Shown one piece after another: positions 35,754 to 47,175 of a stretch of DNA of 64,000 nucleotides. A program made the translations under genes and the position numbers. The notes below the pieces were generated by a model. It did not search any database and was not told where the DNA came from. It saw only the letters and a program-made list of their open reading frames with translations. Position 1 is the first letter of the stretch. Every line of letters starts with the position of its first letter. The stretch is from Planktothrix sp. GU0601_MAG3. GTDB lineage: Bacteria > Cyanobacteriota > Cyanobacteriia > Cyanobacteriales > Microcoleaceae. The DNA is taken from positions 3,988,578 to 4,052,577 of the forward strand of contig CP136572.1 of the NCBI GenBank assembly GCA_035193785.1. The letters run 5' to 3'.

Positions 35754-36042
35754 TAGGAGGCGAGTTGATAAAAGTTATTGGTGGGAAACAAAAATCATTA
35801 CAGGGCGGGTTTATAAAAGTTGCTGGTGGGAAACAAAAATTATTACGGGGCGGGTTTATAAAGGTTGCTGGTGGGAAATAAAAATCATTACGGGGCGGAT
35901 TTATAAAAGTTATTGCTGGGAAACAAAAATTATTACAGGGCGGATTTATAAAAGTTATTGCTGGGAAACAAAAATTATTACGGGGCGGGTTTATAAAGGT
36001 TGCTGGTGGGAAACAAAAATTATTACAGAAACCCGCCCCTAC
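35754..36042. repeat. REP-like element with six tandem 45-bp units and one closing arm
   Basis: Unit GGGGCGG(G/A)TTTATAAA-N9-TGGGAAACAAAAAT(C/T)ATTAC x6; closing AAACCCGCCCCTAC at 36029-36042. Confidence 0.9.
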
Positions 36043-36097
36043 AGAAACGAGGTTTTTAGTTCACTCAGCTTAACCCTATCATAAATTCGTACTCCCC

Positions 36098-36126
36098 TTG
36101 ACAGTGTATTACAAATGTAATATGCT
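36098..36126 (+). promoter_or_regulatory. Sigma70-type promoter of rtcB with an internal palindrome
   Basis: TTGACA-N17-TATGCT; TATTACA-AA-TGTAATA at 36107-36122. Confidence 0.65.
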
Positions 36127-36164
36127 TGACATAGATTGATATTCAGATAGCCCATAAAATCCTT

Positions 36165-36776
36165 ATGCCTTACGAAACGTTAAATCTTTCTACCCCTAAA
36201 CCCGTCCTATCTTGGGCGAATCATGATTTAGGTTCAGCAGAAACCCAAATGGCGAAAAACGTCGCTTCTTTGCCCTTTGTCTTCAAGCACGTTGCTTTAA
36301 TGCCCGATGTTCACTTAGGAAAAGGGGCATTAGTCGGTTCTGTAATTGCGACAAAAGAAGCCATTATTCCGGCGGCTGTCGGGGTTGATATTGGTTGCTT
36401 TACGGGTGATACTTTGATTCCATTAGCTGATGGAAAATCCTATCCAATTCAACAATTAGCAACGATGGGAAAACCCATTTATGTTTATTCCTGTACTCCT
36501 ACAGGGCGAATTGTTGTTGCAGAAGCGATCGCAAAATTAACCCGAAAAAATGCTCCTTTAGTTAAAGTCATTTTGGATAATGGCGAAGAAATTCGATGCA
36601 CTCCCGATCACCAATTTATGTTACGAGATGGAAGTTATCTCGAAGCCGATCAGTTAAAAACGGGTACGTCCTTAATGCCATTTTATTCAAATCTTGACAA
36701 AGATGGCTATACTTTAATTCAGCAAAATAGCCCGTCATTTTTCATAAATAAACCCAAATTCGGCACCGGAATTTGA
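36165..36776 (+). pseudogene. rtcB: RtcB RNA ligase N-terminus (77 aa) plus N-terminal intein part, truncated near 36730
   Basis: HVALMPDVHLGKG, AAVGVDIG/CFTGDTLI (block A), IRCTPDHQF (block B); no intein C-terminus or C-extein. Confidence 0.85.
36396..36730 (+). mobile_element. Intein, N-terminal fragment (about 111 aa)
   Basis: Starts with Cys at the RtcB DIG/C site; TxxH block B present. Confidence 0.85.
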
Positions 36777-37071
36777 AATAGGGGATAGTTGAATGGTTTC
36801 CTTGGGAAAATGCGCCATTCTCAAAAAATAAAATATCTCGTCCCAAAGTTTGATATTCTCGGACTAATGTTTTAATTTCCGGTTCGGAATTAGGGTCAGA
36901 ACTGGGATAATATATTTTTAGGGTCAGTTGTGCTTTTTGATTGTCATTCAAACTTTCTAGGGTGAGATGACTGGGAATGTCATTGATTATTTCTCCTTGG
37001 GGTGATATTTGGGTAAAAGACCCTTGCCATTCCCCTAAATTTTTCAGGAAGTTTTGCCATTGATTGTTCAT
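36735..37071 (-). pseudogene. DUF3598-like gene, 5' fragment only; frameshift at 36796
   Basis: QWQNFLKNLGEWQGSFT, FFENGAFSQG; corrected frame GAEFGFIYEK then stop at the junction. Confidence 0.7.
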
Positions 37072-37101
37072 TTTGATTTTTATTTATTAATAACATTAAT
37101 T

Positions 37102-38021
37102 ATGAAACAAGATCATGGAATTATAACACTTTTAACAGATTTTGGTTTAAAAGATGTTTATGTTGCGGTGATGAAAGGGGTGATTAATCAAATTAACCCT
37201 AAAATTAATATTATTGATTTAACCCATGGGATTCCGCATCAAAATATTGCTGCGGGGCGATTTAATTTGCTGAATGCTTATCCCTATTTTCCTGAAAAAA
37301 CCGTACATATTGCGGTGGTTGATCCAGGAGTAGGAACCCAACGAAGGGCGATCGCAATTCAATTTAATAATAATTATTTAGTGGGGCCAGATAATGGATT
37401 ATTGACGGGAATATTAGAACCTTTTTTAACTTCTGAAATGGCGGGGATAAATCACAACAACTTAATGGCAGTTGAATTAAATTATCCTGAATATTGGCTC
37501 ACTAATAAACCCACTAAAACCTTTCAGGGTCGAGATATTTTTGCTGCGGTGGGTGCTCATTTAGCATCGGGTGTTCCCCTAGAACAACTGGGAACCATAA
37601 TTGATCCCAAAACTTTAGTCAGGTTATCTTTGCCACCCTGTCAAGTCCATGATTTAAAAATACAGGGATGTATTCAATATATTGATGGATTTGGTAATTT
37701 AGTCACCAATATTCCCGGGGGAATGGTAACTAATAAAAATTGGTATGTGGCGATTAGTAAAGCCAAAAATAAGAAAAGTAAAAAATTGCCTAAAAAAAAC
37801 CAAAAGAAATTTAAAAAAAATCTCAATTCCCCACAGCAAATTCCTTCCGGTTCATCCTACCTGATTGGTGCGGGTCAAACCTATGGTGATGTCCCCCCGG
37901 GTCAGTTTGTCGCCTTAGTGGGTTTTCCCATGGTTGGGTAGAAATTGCCTTGAATGGAGGAAATGCTCAACGAAAACTAAAGGTTGATTGGGGAACAAAG
38001 GTACAAGCCCTGTTTACCTAG
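37102..38021 (+). CDS. SAM hydroxide adenosyltransferase / chlorinase-fluorinase (DUF62) family; +2 frameshift at 37922
   Basis: ITLLTDFG, VVDPGVGT.RR, GPDNG, TFQGRDIFA, IDGFGN; corrected GSHGWVEIA. Confidence 0.9.
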
Positions 38022-38146
38022 GATAGAAAGGATTACGGAAACCGCAGGGGTGGAACATCCCTACAACCCTACGGGGTTTTCTACACTTCCCAATTCCCAT
38101 GGGATTTGTCATCTTAGATACAGGTAGGCAATATTGGGACTGTGAA

Positions 38147-38452
38147 ATGAAAAATCCGATTCAATCTTTTTATAATTGGTATCGTGTGACACTGCGGAAT
38201 ACGAAATATCGTTGGGTTGTAATTTTAGGAAGTTTAATTTACTTGGTGAGTCCCCTGGATATTTCTCCTGACTTTTTGCCCATTGTTGGATGGTTAGACG
38301 ATGGGATTATTGCTACAATTTTAGTAACCGAAGTATCTCAATTACTGGTTGAAGGGTTAAACCGTCGCAAACAAACCCGGAAGGCGACAGAGGTAAATCC
38401 AGTTGATTCCATGGGTCATGAGCAAACCGTTGTGGATGTTTCCGTTAGCTAG
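38147..38452 (+). CDS. YkvA/DUF1232 membrane protein
   Basis: YLVSPLDISPDFLPIVGWLDD. Confidence 0.9.
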   Translation: MKNPIQSFYNWYRVTLRNTKYRWVVILGSLIYLVSPLDISPDFLPIVGWLDDGIIATILVTEVSQLLVEGLNRRKQTRKATEVNPVDSMGHEQTVVDVSVS

Positions 38453-38495
38453 ATATCGTCGCAATTGCTTCTGAGACTATTTATAATATCGGTAT

Positions 38496-38543
38496 AAAAC
38501 GCAGTAGAGATAGAGAATTATCTATCCCTACTGCATTTTTTAT
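38496..38543 (+). terminator. Rho-independent terminator
   Basis: GCAGTAGAGATAGA...TCTATCCCTACTGC plus T7. Confidence 0.75.
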
Positions 38544-39015
38544 GAGTTTTTGATATTGATAAATTTTAGGTTGAAAAATATAGCAGTTACCGCATCTGTT
38601 AGGAGATTATTGAAAGCTAAAGGCTGCTCATGGTAAGTATTTACCTATAGCGAGATTGCCTATTCCCTATCGCCTATTGCTATAAGTCTATCCTTAGGTA
38701 GATGCTAAGGTCAACATAATATCTGATAAATTGCATCTAATGATTCATAATTTTAACATTGCTTTATTAATGTTAAAAATTAACAAGCGGTAGCACAATT
38801 AACAAATTAAACTCCCTATGGCTTGAATTTATTTCCAGTCCCACTGGCTTTAAAACTAGGTGTATATTTCTACGGTGTTAATCGAGGGTAAAATAGCCAA
38901 ACTGAACCTTTTCCATTAGGATAAAATTAGATTAGGCAATAATGACATCAAATTAGTCAAGCTCTTTCAATCTAATATTTTTTTCTGAATCACCGAGCAA
39001 AATGGGGCCAAACCT

Positions 39016-42000
39016 GTGAATACTAACCTCTCGAATGCTCAAACCTACGAAGCCGAAAGACAAAGGGCTGAATTCCTAGGAGAACTCAACCAAGCAAAAA
39101 CGGCGTTTTTAACCAGTATTAGTCATGAATTTCGCACCCCATTGACCTTAATTCTGGGTTCGGTTGAAGAAATTCTCCAGAGTGAAGATTGTCTTAACCT
39201 CTTTCACCGGGAAACAGTTAACGGTCGCCAAACGCAACAGTTTACGATTACTCAAATTGGTTAATACTCTCCTTGATTTTTCCAGTATTGAAGCCGAACG
39301 TATTCAAGCGGTCTATGAACCTACGGATTTAGCCGCTTTAACAATCGAACTGGCGAGTATGTTTCGTTCGGGTATCGAACGGATGGGAATACAGTTCATT
39401 ATCGACTGTCCGCCCCTACCCGAACCCATTTATATTGATCGACAAATATGGGAAAAAATAGTAATGAATCTTTTATCTAATGCTTTTAAATTTACATTTA
39501 AAGGTCAGATTGTTCTCTCTTTGCGCTGGGTCACCCATGGTGTGGAATTAGAAGTCCGGGATACCGGGATTGGAATTCGAGCCAAAGAAATCCCCCATCT
39601 ATTTGAACAGTTCTATCGCCCCCCGGCACAGACTTGCCATCGCACGTCTGTGCCAGGGAGAAACTATCAAGGATCGGGTATGGGTTTATCCTTAGTCAAG
39701 GAATTGATTCAATTACAGGGTGGCACGATCAACGTCACCAGTATCCCGGGACAGGGCAGTTGTTTCAAAGTCTTGATTCCCTGCGGCTATGGTCATTTGC
39801 CGCCGGAACAGGTGAATCTCCATCCGCACCATTCCCCCCCCGCTACCCATCTGACCCCATCCCACAGGATGGCGACCTATTTAGATGAAGTCAAGAGTTG
39901 GTCTGCGGAAACCGATGTTTTGGTGGAGGTTTCAACAGATGCCCCCGCCAGAATTACCCCTTCCCCGGATCTTACTGGTAGATGACAACCCGGATCTATG
40001 CAATTATGTTCAGCGTTTACTGAGTCAAGAATATCATATAAAAGCGGTAAATAGTGGGTTGGCCGCACTGGAGAGCATTCGGGAACAAAAACCCGATTTA
40101 GTGATTACCGATGTGATCATGCCCGAATTGAACGGCTTGGAAACTGCTACAAATTCTGCGCCATGATCCCAACACCCAAGGGATTCCCATTATTCTGCTT
40201 TCCGCCCGGGCTGGGGAAAATGCCGTGATTGAAGGCCTAGAAGCCAAGGCCGACGACTATCTGATTAAACCCTTTTCTGCCCGGGAACTCCTGGCCCGTG
40301 TCCGGTCGATTTTGGAAATGACCCGACTCCGCCAAGAAGCCACGATTCGGGAGCAAGAATTAATCAATACCAAAGCCCGGGTAATTGATATTCTCGAAAG
40401 CACTACCGATGGCTTTTTGTCCCTAGATCATCGGTGGCAATTAACCTATCTGAACGGAGCATCGGAACGGCTCTCTGGTAAAACCCGAGGGGAGTTATTA
40501 GGGCGTAATTTTTGGGATATTTATTCTCACCTATTGGGCTTTCATTGCAAAGAAAAACTACATCAGGTAATCCAAACTCAGGTGGCTGATCATTTTGAAA
40601 CCTGTTTGGTTCAAGACAACCTCTGGTATGAAGTTCACGTCTACCCCTATGAACAGGGTTTAGGGATTTATTGGCGAGATATTACTAAACGCAAACAGGC
40701 AGAAGTAACTTTACTCAAAAGCGAAGAACGATTACGGGTTGCCCTGAAAAGTGCGCCAATTACCTTATTTAATCAGGATCAAACCCTTCGCTACACCTGG
40801 GTTCACAATCCCGCCCTCAAACGCTCCGATCAAGAGATTATCGGTAATACGGATTTTGACCTGTTCCCCGAGGAGGGAGCCACTCGACTGACTCAACTTA
40901 AACGCCAGGTTTTGGAAACCGGGATCGGAATGCGGGAGGAAGTCCCGATTTTCAGCCAGGGACAGCAATACTATTTTGATTTAACCATTGAACCCCTCTA
41001 CAACCAGAACCAGGAAATTATCGGGATCACCTGTGCCACCGTTGATATTTCGGACTACAAACGCATAGAGTTAGCCCTGCGCCAAAGTGAAGCCCAGGCT
41101 AGGGCGAGGGCCGAGGAGTTGAAAACCTTTATGGAAACCGTTCCGGCGGCGGTCTGGATTGCCCATGATCCCCAATGTCACCAGATGACGGGGAACCGGG
41201 CTGCCCATGAGTTGGTGCGGTTGCCCTCGGGATCGGTGGTGACGGCGACCCCCGAGGATGGCTCCTATCCCTTTGAGTTTAAGATTCAACACCAGGGCCA
41301 AGATATTCCCCCAGAAGATTTGCCCATGCAGCGGGCGGGACGGACGGGAGAAAATATTGAATCGGAATTTGAGTTTGTCTTTGAAAATGGGGAAGTTCGT
41401 TTTGTTTATGGTCGGGCGGTACCCTTACGAGGTGAAGCGGGGGAGATTCGGGGGGTGATTGGGGCGTTTTTGGATGTGAGCGATCGCAAACGAGTCGAAC
41501 AGGAACGAGAACAACTGTTAATCAGGGAAACAGGCCGCCCGGGAGCAAGCCGAAATGACCAACCGGATTAAGGATGAGTTTCTCCGGGTTTTATCCCATG
41601 AATTGCGATCGCCCTTGAATCCGATTTTGGGTTGGACAAAACTCCTACAAACTCGTAAATTCGATTCCCAAGGCACAGCCCGGGCCTTAGAAACCATCGA
41701 ACGCAATGCGAAACTCCAAACCCAACTGATTGAGGATTTATTAGATATTTCTCGAATGTTGCGGGGAAAAATGGTCTTACACAAGGAACCCGTCAATTTA
41801 ATTACAATCATCACCTCGGCAATAGAAACCTTTAAATTAGCTGCCGAAGCCAAAGGAATTCAAGTCAGATTTGAAATCGCTCAAAATTCTGGTTTCTCCT
41901 CCCTTTTAATCTATGTTTTAGGGGATGAAACCCGACTGCAACAGATTATCTGGAATCTATTATCTAATGGAATTAAATTTACTCCCCCCGGGGGTATGGT

Positions 42001-42715
42001 CGAGATTTACTTAAAATCTGGGGAAGATCAAGTCCAAATTCAGGTCAAAGACACCGGAATTGGAATTAATCAGCAGTTTTTACCCTATGTCTTTGACTAT
42101 TTTCGTCAACAGGATGGGACAAATACCCGCAAATTTGGGGGTTTGGGACTGGGACTCGCCATTGTCCGACACCTAACGGAATTGCATGGGGGAACAGTCA
42201 GCGCGGACAGTTTAGGCGAAAATTTGGGGGCGGCGTTTTCGGTGCAGTTACCCTTAATGAAATCCGTAGAGACTTACCATGGCACCTCCCTAAAACTAGC
42301 CCCGGATCAAAATACGGAGATTGACTCCATTAATTTAACCGGTCTGCGAGTTTTAGTCATTGATGCTCAAGCTGAGACTCGGGCTCTAGTTGGGTCGATC
42401 TTAACCCAAGCCGGAGCCCAAGTAAAAATGGCAAGCTCCGCTCAGGAAACACTCTTGATGATTCAGGAGTTTTCCCCCGATGTCTTAGTCTCAGACATGG
42501 GGATGCCGGATCTGGAGGCCTATATATTTAGGGATGAGGTCAGAAATAGATCATCAATTCCCGTGATCGGATTAATAGCAAATCCAGAGAAAACCAATAG
42601 CCCCCTCACTAGGGACACCGGATTTCAAATCTACTTAGCTAAACCCATTGTGGCGGAAGAATTGGTCGCTGGTGTTGCCACTTTAACCCATCGCTTTCGG
42701 AACTCCGCGATTTGA
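39016..42715 (+). CDS. Hybrid sensor kinase HK-REC-PAS(x3)-HK-REC; frameshifts at 39211, about 39929, 40140, 41527
   Basis: Two H-boxes (SHEFRTPL, SHELRSPL), two HATPase domains, two receivers; five track ORFs join to about 1230 aa. Confidence 0.85.
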
Positions 42716-42735
42716 TCAAGATCTGTTAAAATCAA

Positions 42736-45052
42736 ATGACTATTTCTAAGTCCCTTTTCCCCAACAGCAAAGTGTCTAAAAATACTGTCCCCCCTGAGTC
42801 TACAGAACGATTATCTTCCTGTCAGAAACTCGAAATGTCGGAGGATTGGAAACAGACTGTTGAGCAGTTATTTTATTTACAACACAGCAGTCATCTGTTG
42901 ATGGCAATTATTGATCCTCAAACCTTAACGGTAAATTACGCAAATCGCTCCTTTTGTCAAGTTTGTCAACTGAATCCAGCCCTATTAGGCGGAGAAACCG
43001 GGTTATCCGTAAATCCACAGAGAAATTATAAAAATATTGCCATCGAAGACCGACCGTTAAACAAATTAAACCTGAAAATTCAAGACCTATTCCCACACTG
43101 GGATCATTTAACCTTAGAAAAACTCTATCGTTATCATCTGTTGCATAAAATTTTAAAGCAGGATTATGGCATTGATCTGCAATTTTTACAACTCTTAGAT
43201 CAATCCGCAATCGCAGTTTTAAATTGCTCGGCAACCTCAACACAAAAATTTATTAGAATTTGGTTAAATTCAGATTTACTACAAGTTAAACGGCAAGATC
43301 CTAAACAAGATGAATTTACTAACTTTAAACTCAAATTAATCCCCGTTTCTGAGCGAGAGGATTGGTTTTCACGCCCAGAAAATTTTAACCAACTCGCCCA
43401 ACAGTTAACTTTAGATCACTATCAAATAGAGGGAGTATTATTATTAGAAGGGTTGGAAATTACTCGACCCGAACAAATGCGTCGCATCACCTATAAATTA
43501 ATTGGCCGAGATTTAATTAATCAATCTCACCATTGGGAACAAATCGAACAGCAATTAAATTCTTTATTTACTGTCAATAGCTGTTTATTATTACGCATTC
43601 AAGGTCAAGAGGCAAAATTATCTTTGAGTTTGAATACTTGCAATACTCAACCTATTATTTATTCCCTGGATACCCTGAATAACTCCTCGATTATTCAAGC
43701 AATTAAACAGAATCAGGTGATGAATATTCCTGACCTTCGCCAACAATGTCCTACAGATTTTGAACGCCATTTACGCAAACTCCATATCCGTTCCCTATTA
43801 TTAATTCCCCTAGTGATTCAATCCGTTAATTTAAAAGGCAGTCAACAAATTTTAGGGGTGGTGGGGTTAACCAGCGATCGCCCCAATCATTTTACCCTGA
43901 ATGATGTTAAAAATGCCCAGGAATTAATCCCGGCTTTTATTACCGCCTTTTGTCATTCTTTACAACAACAATTCACTAAATTACGCAATATTCATACTTC
44001 CGTTGAATGGCGATTTTTGCAGGAAGCTGAACGTCGCGGTTGGGGATTTAAACCGGAAACTATTATCTTTGAAAACGTTTATCCTCTCTATGGAATTTCA
44101 GATATTAGAGGTTCATCAGAACAAAGAAATTGTGCGATTAAAGAGGATTTATTAGAACAATTTCAATTAGCAATTAATATTGTCGAGGTTTTATGTGAAA
44201 CTCACAATTCGGGCTTAGGAGAACAACTAAAACTAGATTTACAAGCCTATTTATCTCAACTTCAAGACGAGATAAACGTTGAGATTGAAATGAGTGCAAC
44301 GGATTATTTAGAAAAACATTTAGAAATTTATTTTGATTATTTTTCTCAATGTGGTTCCCCGGTTCAAGCAGCCTTAAAAAAATATGAACAAGCCTGTGAT
44401 AATGAACATGGATGTGTTTATAAAGCCCGATCTCACTATGATCAAATGTTACGGCAAATTGCCCATAGTTTACAACAAACCTGGGCAAAATGGCAAACAC
44501 AAATGCAGACAATTATTCCCCATTATTATGATCTGGAAATTAGCGATGGAGTTGATCATATTATCTATGTGGGAAAATCAATTGATTCTCGGTTTACTTC
44601 CTTCCATATTCGCAGTCTCAGATATGAACAACTCCGTGCAATTTGTGATTGCGCCCGCACCATATTTAGATTAAAGTCAGAACATAACATTACCCTAGAT
44701 TTAGTCCATTTAGTTTTAGTACAACATACCCCCATCGATATTTTTCATGATGAAAATACCGAAGGTATTTTTTCAGTGCGGGGAAACCCGTGATATCCGT
44801 TATGAAATTGTTAAAAAACGGATTGATAAAGGGGTCGATAAAGACACAAAAGCCCGCATTACTCAATCAGGAATGTTAACCATAGTTTATTCAACCGAAG
44901 AAGAATGGCAGGAATATGAACAGTATTTAGGCTATTTGCACCGGGAAGGTTGGGTAGAAGCCAAAATTGAATTTGGAATTGTTGATCACCTTCCGGGTAT
45001 TAGTGGGCTAAATTATGCCCGGGTTGCTGTGACAGAAATGGGTAATGGGTAG
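42736..45052 (+). CDS. GAF domain-containing protein; frameshift at 44783
   Basis: GAF-like RSLLLIPL..GVVGL; VYPLYGISDIRGSS, SDGVDHIIYVGKSI; corrected RGTRDIRYEIVKKRIDK. Confidence 0.8.
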
Positions 45053-45227
45053 TTGGGAATTACGAATTACGAATTACGAATGGGTAGTTGGGAATTACGA
45101 ATTACGAATGGGTTTTAGAAGAATCACCGAATGATGATTATTGCTTTTATTATACTAAAAATAAATTACTATTCCCTGTTCCCTGTTCCCTATTCCCTAT
45201 TCCCTGTTCCCTATTCCCTGTTCCCTA
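45038..45227. repeat. STRR arrays (ATTACGA; TTCCCTG/TTCCCTA)
   Basis: Tandem heptamers at 45038-45112 and 45168-45227. Confidence 0.85.
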
Positions 45228-45333
45228 AAATACGGCTATTCCCCCATCCAAAGTGTAGAAAACTTTACTTACACAATCGGAAAAATTTGTTTATCATAGA
45301 GAGTAACTTGAATCTATTATTGAGGATATAGCC

Positions 45334-46156
45334 ATGTCAGAACCCACTCAAAACAAACTCGCCTCGGATTTAGAAAAAGCCCAATCTGAAGGTAAATTAC
45401 GCGCAGAACGAATTCGAGAAATCGTCAAATCTTCTATCTCAGAAGTGGGATCAGAATTTAAAGGCGGTTTCTCAAGAAATCCGAGATTTAGTTAAACAGG
45501 TCGTCGGAACAGTTTTAGAAACTGTCAAGGGAAAAGGAGAGGAAGTTCAAGAAAATGTGACTGCTTCTATAGAAGGAGTAATTGATGGAATTAGTCAGGC
45601 TAAACAGGAATCTATTGCTAAAACTCAAGCGGAAGTTAAACAACTGCAAGCTCGAATTGATCAACAGGAACAGGAGTTACAAAATAATATCAATTTGGCT
45701 TTAAGTGATATTCAAGAAGTTGGAACCAATAAGTCAGACCAAGTTAAAACAGCGATTGAATCCGCTATTAAAGCAATTAAAAATAGCGAAGAATCCACCT
45801 TAATGCAGAAACGTTACGCCCAACTCAAAGCTCAATTGGCAATCGTGAATGCTAACTTAGTCGGACGTTATGGACAGCGTTATCAGGAGGTCACGGATTA
45901 TTTAGAAGAAGCAAAATCTTGGTATGAAAAAGCCAAAGATGAACCCGAAATTTATACCGAAAAAATTGATGAAAAACGCAAAGATTTTGAAGCAAAATTA
46001 GGGGATGCGGGGACAGCGATCGCTCAAAAAGAAAAAGAAATTAAACAGCGTTTAAACGATCTATGGAAATCAATTTCTGAAACCTTTACTCATCATCAGT
46101 CTCAACCCGATGAAAAGAAAGAAGATTCATCTGATATCAACAAAGATACCCTTTAA
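45334..46156 (+). CDS. Coiled-coil hypothetical protein; frameshift at 45467
   Basis: ATG 45334 with GAGG RBS; MSEPTQNKLASDLEKAQSEGKLRAERIREIV joins the track ORF after correction. Confidence 0.75.
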
Positions 46157-46175
46157 CATAATCTGAGGTAAAATT

Positions 46176-46559
46176 ATGATCGCATCATTATTAACGTTAT
46201 TAGCAACAGCCCTAAGCTTGTTAGTGGTTGATTTGGTTGTACCCGGAGTAAATTTAGCCACCTTTTTAACAGCTTTAATCGCGGCGGCGGCTATTGGTGG
46301 AGTCAATGCCTTTATTAAACCGATTTTATCAACATTATCCATTCCCCTAAATATTCTAAGTTTAGGTGGTTTTTCATTCATTGTGAATGGTTTTTGTTTC
46401 TGGTTAGCTTCGGTTTTTATTCCTGGATTTCAAGTACAGGGTTTATTAGCTTTTATTTTAAGCCCCGTGATTTTATCCGCCGTCAATGCTTTTCTCAATG
46501 GCTATTTTGTAGAAAAATATCCCCAATTCTTTAATTCCCAGAAGTCCTTAAACCCATAA
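46176..46559 (+). CDS. YvlD/DUF360 (phage holin family) membrane protein
   Basis: GVNAFIKPIL..LSIPLNILSLGGF.FIVNG. Confidence 0.85.
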   Translation: MIASLLTLLATALSLLVVDLVVPGVNLATFLTALIAAAAIGGVNAFIKPILSTLSIPLNILSLGGFSFIVNGFCFWLASVFIPGFQVQGLLAFILSPVILSAVNAFLNGYFVEKYPQFFNSQKSLNP

Positions 46560-46577
46560 AAAATTACTAATTAATCA

Positions 46578-46605
46578 GTAGAGATGTTGCACGCAATGTC
46601 TCTAC
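46578..46605. repeat. GTAG REP-like hairpin / bidirectional terminator
   Basis: GTAGAGATGTTGCACGCAATGTCTCTAC; similar element at about 22290-22317. Confidence 0.65.
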
Positions 46606-46606
46606 T

Positions 46607-47017
46607 TTATTTTTCTAACCAGTTAATAATTACGGGGGGTAAATGTTGGCGTTGACGAGTTTTAGGATTAATACAAATATGTTTTGTGATTGCTTCAGCA
46701 ATTAATTGATCAGAGTTATCCAATCTAATTTCATATTTAATTTTAAAAGAGTTTTCCTTAATAATTTCGGGATTTAATTCAATTAAAATTTGATCTCCAC
46801 AGCATAAAGGAAACCGAAAATCAACACTCGCATGAACAATCGGAATAGCAAAATCAGGATTAACAAAAAAACTTTTAAGATTAATTCCAGCCTGATTTAG
46901 AGAGGCTTCATAGGCTTCATGGCCCATTGCTAAAATATTAGCAAAATAAACCACCCCCGCAGCATCCGTATCTTGAAAACGAATCGTTCGCTTATAAATA
47001 TATCCCAAATCAGTCAT
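46607..47017 (-). CDS. Hotdog-fold thioesterase, probable DHNA-CoA hydrolase
   Basis: RFQDTDAAGVVYFAN, HEAYE, PIVHASVDF. Confidence 0.85.
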   Translation of the reverse strand: MTDLGYIYKRTIRFQDTDAAGVVYFANILAMGHEAYEASLNQAGINLKSFFVNPDFAIPIVHASVDFRFPLCCGDQILIELNPEIIKENSFKIKYEIRLDNSDQLIAEAITKHICINPKTRQRQHLPPVIINWLEK

Positions 47018-47076
47018 CAGTTATCAGTCATCAGTCATCAGTCATCAGTTATTAGTTATCAGTTATTAGTTATCAG
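47010..47076. repeat. STRR (TCATCAG/TTATCAG/TTATTAG)
   Basis: About 9 heptamers. Confidence 0.85.
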
Positions 47077-47086
47077 CCCATTACCT

Positions 47087-47165
47087 ATCACGGATTTAAT
47101 AGTACAACACAAATTAACACAAATTAAAATCCGTGAAATCCGTGAAATCCTCTTAAATCCGTGAT
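47087..47165. mobile_element. MITE-like element with 13-bp terminal inverted repeats
   Basis: ATCACGGATTTAA...TTAAATCCGTGAT; partial second copy at 7365. Confidence 0.6.
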
Positions 47166-47175
47166 CCTCCTGATA

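Noticed and set aside
35754..36042. CRISPR array
   Set aside because: The units are near-identical along their whole length, there are no unique spacers, and no cas genes are in the window
35746..36084. 112-aa repeat ORF
   Set aside because: Likely open only because the 45-bp unit is a multiple of three and lacks stops; it reads as a REP-derived repeat
46176..46559. Prophage suggested by the holin-family gene
   Set aside because: YvlD-type proteins are common chromosomal genes, and no integrase, structural or lysin genes are nearby
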